In this document: positions 44,201 through 46,034 of the stretch, one piece after another
How positions within the stretch are numbered: position 1 is the stretch's first letter
Layout: each line of letters begins with the position of its first letter
Origin: a virus
Taxonomy: Duplodnaviria; Caudoviricetes
Length of the DNA stretch: 46,034 nt
Strand: one strand, 5' to 3'
IMG/VR virus record: IMGVR_UViG_3300017909_002418
Span: 1 to 46,034 of that record
Translations under genes and position numbers: made by a program
The notes under the pieces: model-generated
Database searches by the model: none
Told to the model about the DNA's origin: nothing
Seen by the model: only the letters and a program-made list of their open reading frames with translations

Positions 44201-46034
44201 CATCACATAAACATTAGAAGTGATGATAATTACGCAAGTGTGTATCAAATGAATTTAATGCAGAAGTTACGAGGTAGAATAAGATATATTAATGATTTAG
44301 ATAGTGAGAACAAAGACACTACTGCTCTTAAAAAACAACTTGTTAAAATAGCACAGGCATACATTGAAGCACTAAAGCCAGACGATGATCTAGAACTTAA
44401 ACAAAGTGATGAAGGATTAGGTGTTGTCGATGGTATGGACTTTTTAGCCAGTGATAATCGACTTGGAAATTGGAATGATAGATTAGATAGAGTAGTTCGT
44501 TTGGAAGATGAAATCGACAGTGACGACAAAACTTACAATTTTGTTGCGGCATACGATGATTATGTATTAAGTTCTTTAAATTTAGACAGATTCTATAAAC
44601 GCAAAAATGATTATGGCATACCAAAAGATAATTATTTAAAATCATTAATTAAGAATAGATTTAAAGCAACTAAAAAATTCTTATCAGCATTTGATAAATT
44701 ATTCCAAGGACAAGGTTTTTCAAACTTGGCTAAAGAAATTAAAGGCAAAAACACTATAGATAAAAGTAATAAAGATTTTGAAAAAAATGTTAGAGATAGT
44801 GCTAAGGCAAAAATAAATGTTCCTAGTCATGCTTATGTTTACTTTAACAAAGAATTTTTGGAAACAATCACAGATGAAGATTATGGTGATAGAGAAGCAT
44901 ATTTAGATAATCATTTAGACGATTTTAATGATCCTATGAACAGTAATAAAGTATGGGTCATACCTGCCGCACACCACGGTCAGGCTGAAGATGCCTATAA
45001 TGGGTTGGATCTTATTAAAACATTAGAAAAGAATGACAACTATTATCACACTTGGCGTAAAACAGGATACAACAAAATACTAAGTAAATTTGCTAGAGTT
45101 CACGGCATACCATATGTGGATTTGACAACAAGTGAAAAATATGTAAGTGGGAATTCAAAATTAAGTGGTTTATCTAAACTAGGAATTGAAGTAACTAGAA
45201 AAGGCGACAGCAGAGCAGGAATGCCCGGCCAAGATTATTTGATTGAACCAGAAGAGTTAGAAAATCCATTTAGCGGTGAGCCTATCAACCGCGGTAGTGC
45301 TATGATGTGGAATCAGTCAGACGATGAAGAAAAAGAAATGAAAAGATTCAAAGCATTTGATTGGAGTGTGTATCCTGAAAAAATGAAAGGCTTGGTTGCT
45401 AAAGAATTAAAAGACATGAAAGCCGACCAAGGTTACTACAGTTTTAAAGTTGCTTTACAAGATATACTTAGAAAAGTAGTAGATGGTGATATAGATATAG
45501 CACTTAGAAGAGAGAATAATGTAGACGGCATGATACAAGCGGCTGGTGTAGAAGATTACAAAGACGCATCCTCATCAGAAGTTGCTGATAATACAAACTG
45601 GACTAACTTAGCAGACTACTTAGGAATAGAGCGAGGTGTAAATGATCAAGGTGTAAACTTACTTAAAAAAGTTTATGATCAATATGACAGTGACCACAAC
45701 TGGCGCCCAGAACCAGAACCAGATGCTATTGGTGTCAAAAGATGGGCGGGAGCAGTCAAGGCCGCATATGAATACATACAAAAAAATTATACTGTAAGTG
45801 CTGGAAACTATTTTAGAAACGATGCTGACGGTAATGCTGGTGATGATGTCAGTAGTGTATATAGTTCTGGAGTAACAGAGCAAGATTATGCTAATGTGCG
45901 AGAAAAATATCGTATGTTTAATGCTATGATGCAGAATGGTATTCAATTTTATATTATGAAACCAGATGTAAACAGATTGGTAGGCTTCTTAAAAAATCCT
46001 GACAATGACGAACTACTTAAACAGGCTGTGTTAA
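41285..46034 (+). CDS. Giant protein (>1580 aa, 3'-truncated) containing a putative amidoligase (COOH-NH2 ligase) domain
   Basis: TAATG-coupled ATG 41285; hand translation stays open to the window end; motifs CGFEAE (41981), WSVETDSSI (42656), EIISP (42707), STGLHV (42803-42820), KFSSIHF, IEFR (43115). Confidence 0.85.
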   Translation, partial: MKFKDVKTIQHLLKEYATPVGQQSTGNTGIGSMAKTMAKGAGKSLSKKIGGGVGSAATVAGNVIKGQDSKTTAKIKSIASPVASKAKQTLSPTVDGTAANKIKDPVVKAKAGEVEKGADIYDQYGNYAGRVDSPLGDNTAGSGPDAVAVLNKQNEFEVKKGDDEVFIQNPEVKEGKLSKIAKRKNKKLKIKNLKGKIKKLSRKRLKEAPAELFEINFNRKDVAKEGLDAPVKCGFEAESFFFNVSGYSSSSDDVDNMSVSDVEYEFGDLPDSAYEYYNEWIREKAMDEYLPDLIDQWIEDNRDEDYYIDEFMNSGDGPTMDAVEQYRDQMEEDDPQEFKNREADGWDDENWARDFINVEYDYEYQDFLRDYASEDDTLIDEAVEECNNDYSMDDYVESEYYSMSSFLDDFSYDYSRESEGNVEEVADELYNGWIKHYSKYDGYPDYGEYGNTYNIDGWSVETDSSIDADEGAAAEIISPVFPNPREMLKEMKSLFDWSEDNFGTNNSTGLHVTMSWNGEPRAGSKNAGPNKLKMALLLGDEYLLKQFGRLQNSYTKSQYKRLLRYAEKMKRGDNNSFLKLQSELDRGLSKDKFSSIHFKGSTDKDTDNELIEFRIAGGSDYNEMYQDVVKAVVRYGTIMKAGYDDNAFRRDYINAVSRLMRKSQEVDPERAKEFDEIESPIIDAAKEIASKDEYFDVLNVLNYSLEALQRYQELSKPGADKEWEKSIDDYREGTGRDPSWMGEAVEEGEPIRGYIEPDSLAPSIRAENHFAKAKEYFGRAMAMLARQIVLGQARSTPKAKHIGAFRKYANELKLSMSDLEKLLLTSIDDARYGDLESDKEKHKTLQKGIQALFKKEIVGKAEFFDRRKFDAIEDGLWQFFQSDDMQDNQIADKLADLFVEVNPKNDKNQVVTTLRSLSKKRQKNELHRYLLNGGYDEATLIVPNMLTNDKAVDKLIKFFEPYQGYEHPTSRDHHINIRSDDNYASVYQMNLMQKLRGRIRYINDLDSENKDTTALKKQLVKIAQAYIEALKPDDDLELKQSDEGLGVVDGMDFLASDNRLGNWNDRLDRVVRLEDEIDSDDKTYNFVAAYDDYVLSSLNLDRFYKRKNDYGIPKDNYLKSLIKNRFKATKKFLSAFDKLFQGQGFSNLAKEIKGKNTIDKSNKDFEKNVRDSAKAKINVPSHAYVYFNKEFLETITDEDYGDREAYLDNHLDDFNDPMNSNKVWVIPAAHHGQAEDAYNGLDLIKTLEKNDNYYHTWRKTGYNKILSKFARVHGIPYVDLTTSEKYVSGNSKLSGLSKLGIEVTRKGDSRAGMPGQDYLIEPEELENPFSGEPINRGSAMMWNQSDDEEKEMKRFKAFDWSVYPEKMKGLVAKELKDMKADQGYYSFKVALQDILRKVVDGDIDIALRRENNVDGMIQAAGVEDYKDASSSEVADNTNWTNLADYLGIERGVNDQGVNLLKKVYDQYDSDHNWRPEPEPDAIGVKRWAGAVKAAYEYIQKNYTVSAGNYFRNDADGNAGDDVSSVYSSGVTEQDYANVREKYRMFNAMMQNGIQFYIMKPDVNRLVGFLKNPDNDELLKQAVL

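Noticed and set aside
232-45946. Many short minus-strand and nested ORFs in the supplied track
   Set aside because: They shadow well-supported plus-strand genes and lack start signals or motifs; only 29460-29825 is accepted on the minus strand.
1-46034. Stop-codon reassignment (alternative genetic code)
   Set aside because: Conserved genes are full length in code 11, and TAA, TAG and TGA all end genes at sensible positions.
1-46034. tRNA or other structured RNA genes
   Set aside because: Intergenic gaps are short and explained by promoters and terminators; the GGTTCGA near 40301 lacks a cloverleaf context.

Overview
AT-rich, densely coded, almost entirely plus-strand segment of a large T4-related (jumbo-type) myovirus. 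The host is probably a Gram-negative aquatic bacterium (inference from the TonB-dependent receptor). It holds five blocks. (1) Morphogenesis: neck, dNMP kinase, an enlarged tail sheath, tail tube, head-completion nuclease, terminase. (2) Recombination/replication: gp32 SSB, UvsX, UvsY, UvsW, primase, gp41 helicase and a 192-aa miniature DnaE-like protein. (3) Auxiliary metabolism: TonB-dependent receptor, APS-kinase/nucleotidyltransferase fusion, MetK, Apt, SET domain, ThyX, MazG. (4) Three scattered SGNH-like genes. (5) A late region of probable head-packaged proteins: a KxDG ligase-like protein, four tandem promoter-gene cassettes (three ending in terminators) and a >1580-aa ORF missing from the ORF track that carries a COOH-NH2 (amido)ligase domain. 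Non-genic signals read directly from the DNA: a T4-like late promoter (NNTAAATA) exactly 5 nt upstream of the ATG of eight genes, suggesting leaderless mRNAs; sigma70-type promoters before replication and metabolic genes; and apparently complete avoidance of AGCT, GTAC and GCWGC. All family calls come from motif recognition by eye; no database search was run.
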